From Flavobacteriaceae bacterium (GTDB taxonomy: Bacteria; Bacteroidota; Bacteroidia; Flavobacteriales; Flavobacteriaceae), in assembly GCA_026988075.1 (NCBI GenBank), contig JALSLZ010000156.1:1-43901 (forward strand): 43,901 nt of DNA, in the 5' to 3' direction. The notes below the pieces were generated by a model, which had not been told where the DNA came from, did no database searches, and was given only the letters and a program-made list of their open reading frames with translations. The position numbers were made by a program, and so were the translations under genes. Each line of letters opens with the position of its first letter. Within the stretch, counting starts at the first letter, position 1. Below, piece after piece: positions 43,762-43,901 of this stretch.

Positions 43762-43901
43762 GTGATTTATTTCTTGTTCCTCCATGTCCCATTGCAACAA
43801 CATTAAGTATTTTATAGTTTAACCAAATAAATCTAAATATTTGAATTATAGGATTACGCATGATGAAAATTTTTCTAAATTTTGATATTTTTTTTGGCAT
43901 T

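Noticed and set aside
1-43901. Window-wide scan for CRISPR arrays, tRNA/rRNA genes, integrases, toxin-antitoxin pairs, restriction-modification or other defence modules
   Set aside because: I saw no regularly spaced direct repeats, no cloverleaf-like GC-rich segments, and no recombinase, nuclease, reverse-transcriptase or methyltransferase signatures in any ORF.

Overview
This is a clearly AT-rich chromosomal segment from a Flavobacteriia-class Bacteroidota genome. The assignment rests on T9SS C-terminal sorting domains, a GldM homologue, DUF3098/DUF4476/DUF5606 genes, and TAnnTTTG -7 promoter boxes 20-40 nt upstream of start codons. I call about 40 protein genes. Most are housekeeping: truB, uppP, dapD, ruvX, def, mazG, ygiQ, lpdA, mfd, tsaC, cca, menF, trpS, plsC, purE and dcp. 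Four parts look accessory or regulatory. (1) A translationally coupled pseudaminic-acid operon, pseB-pseC-pseF-pseG/H(fusion)-pseI, sits in an organism expected to lack flagella, beside a GT4 gene and what may be a decayed glycosyltransferase fragment. (2) An orphan, shortened GldM paralogue has no gldK/L/N neighbours. (3) A TPP riboswitch controls a stand-alone TonB-dependent receptor. (4) A thiol/sulfide-stress cluster (HMA protein, trxA-crp operon, DUF2892, type II sulfide:quinone oxidoreductase) carries related GTTACAA-type repeats in three promoter regions. That cluster is my best candidate for an undescribed regulatory circuit. I found no CRISPR array, tRNA, rRNA, intact mobile element or recognisable defence system. 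Family names come from motif recognition by eye and from memory, not from searches.
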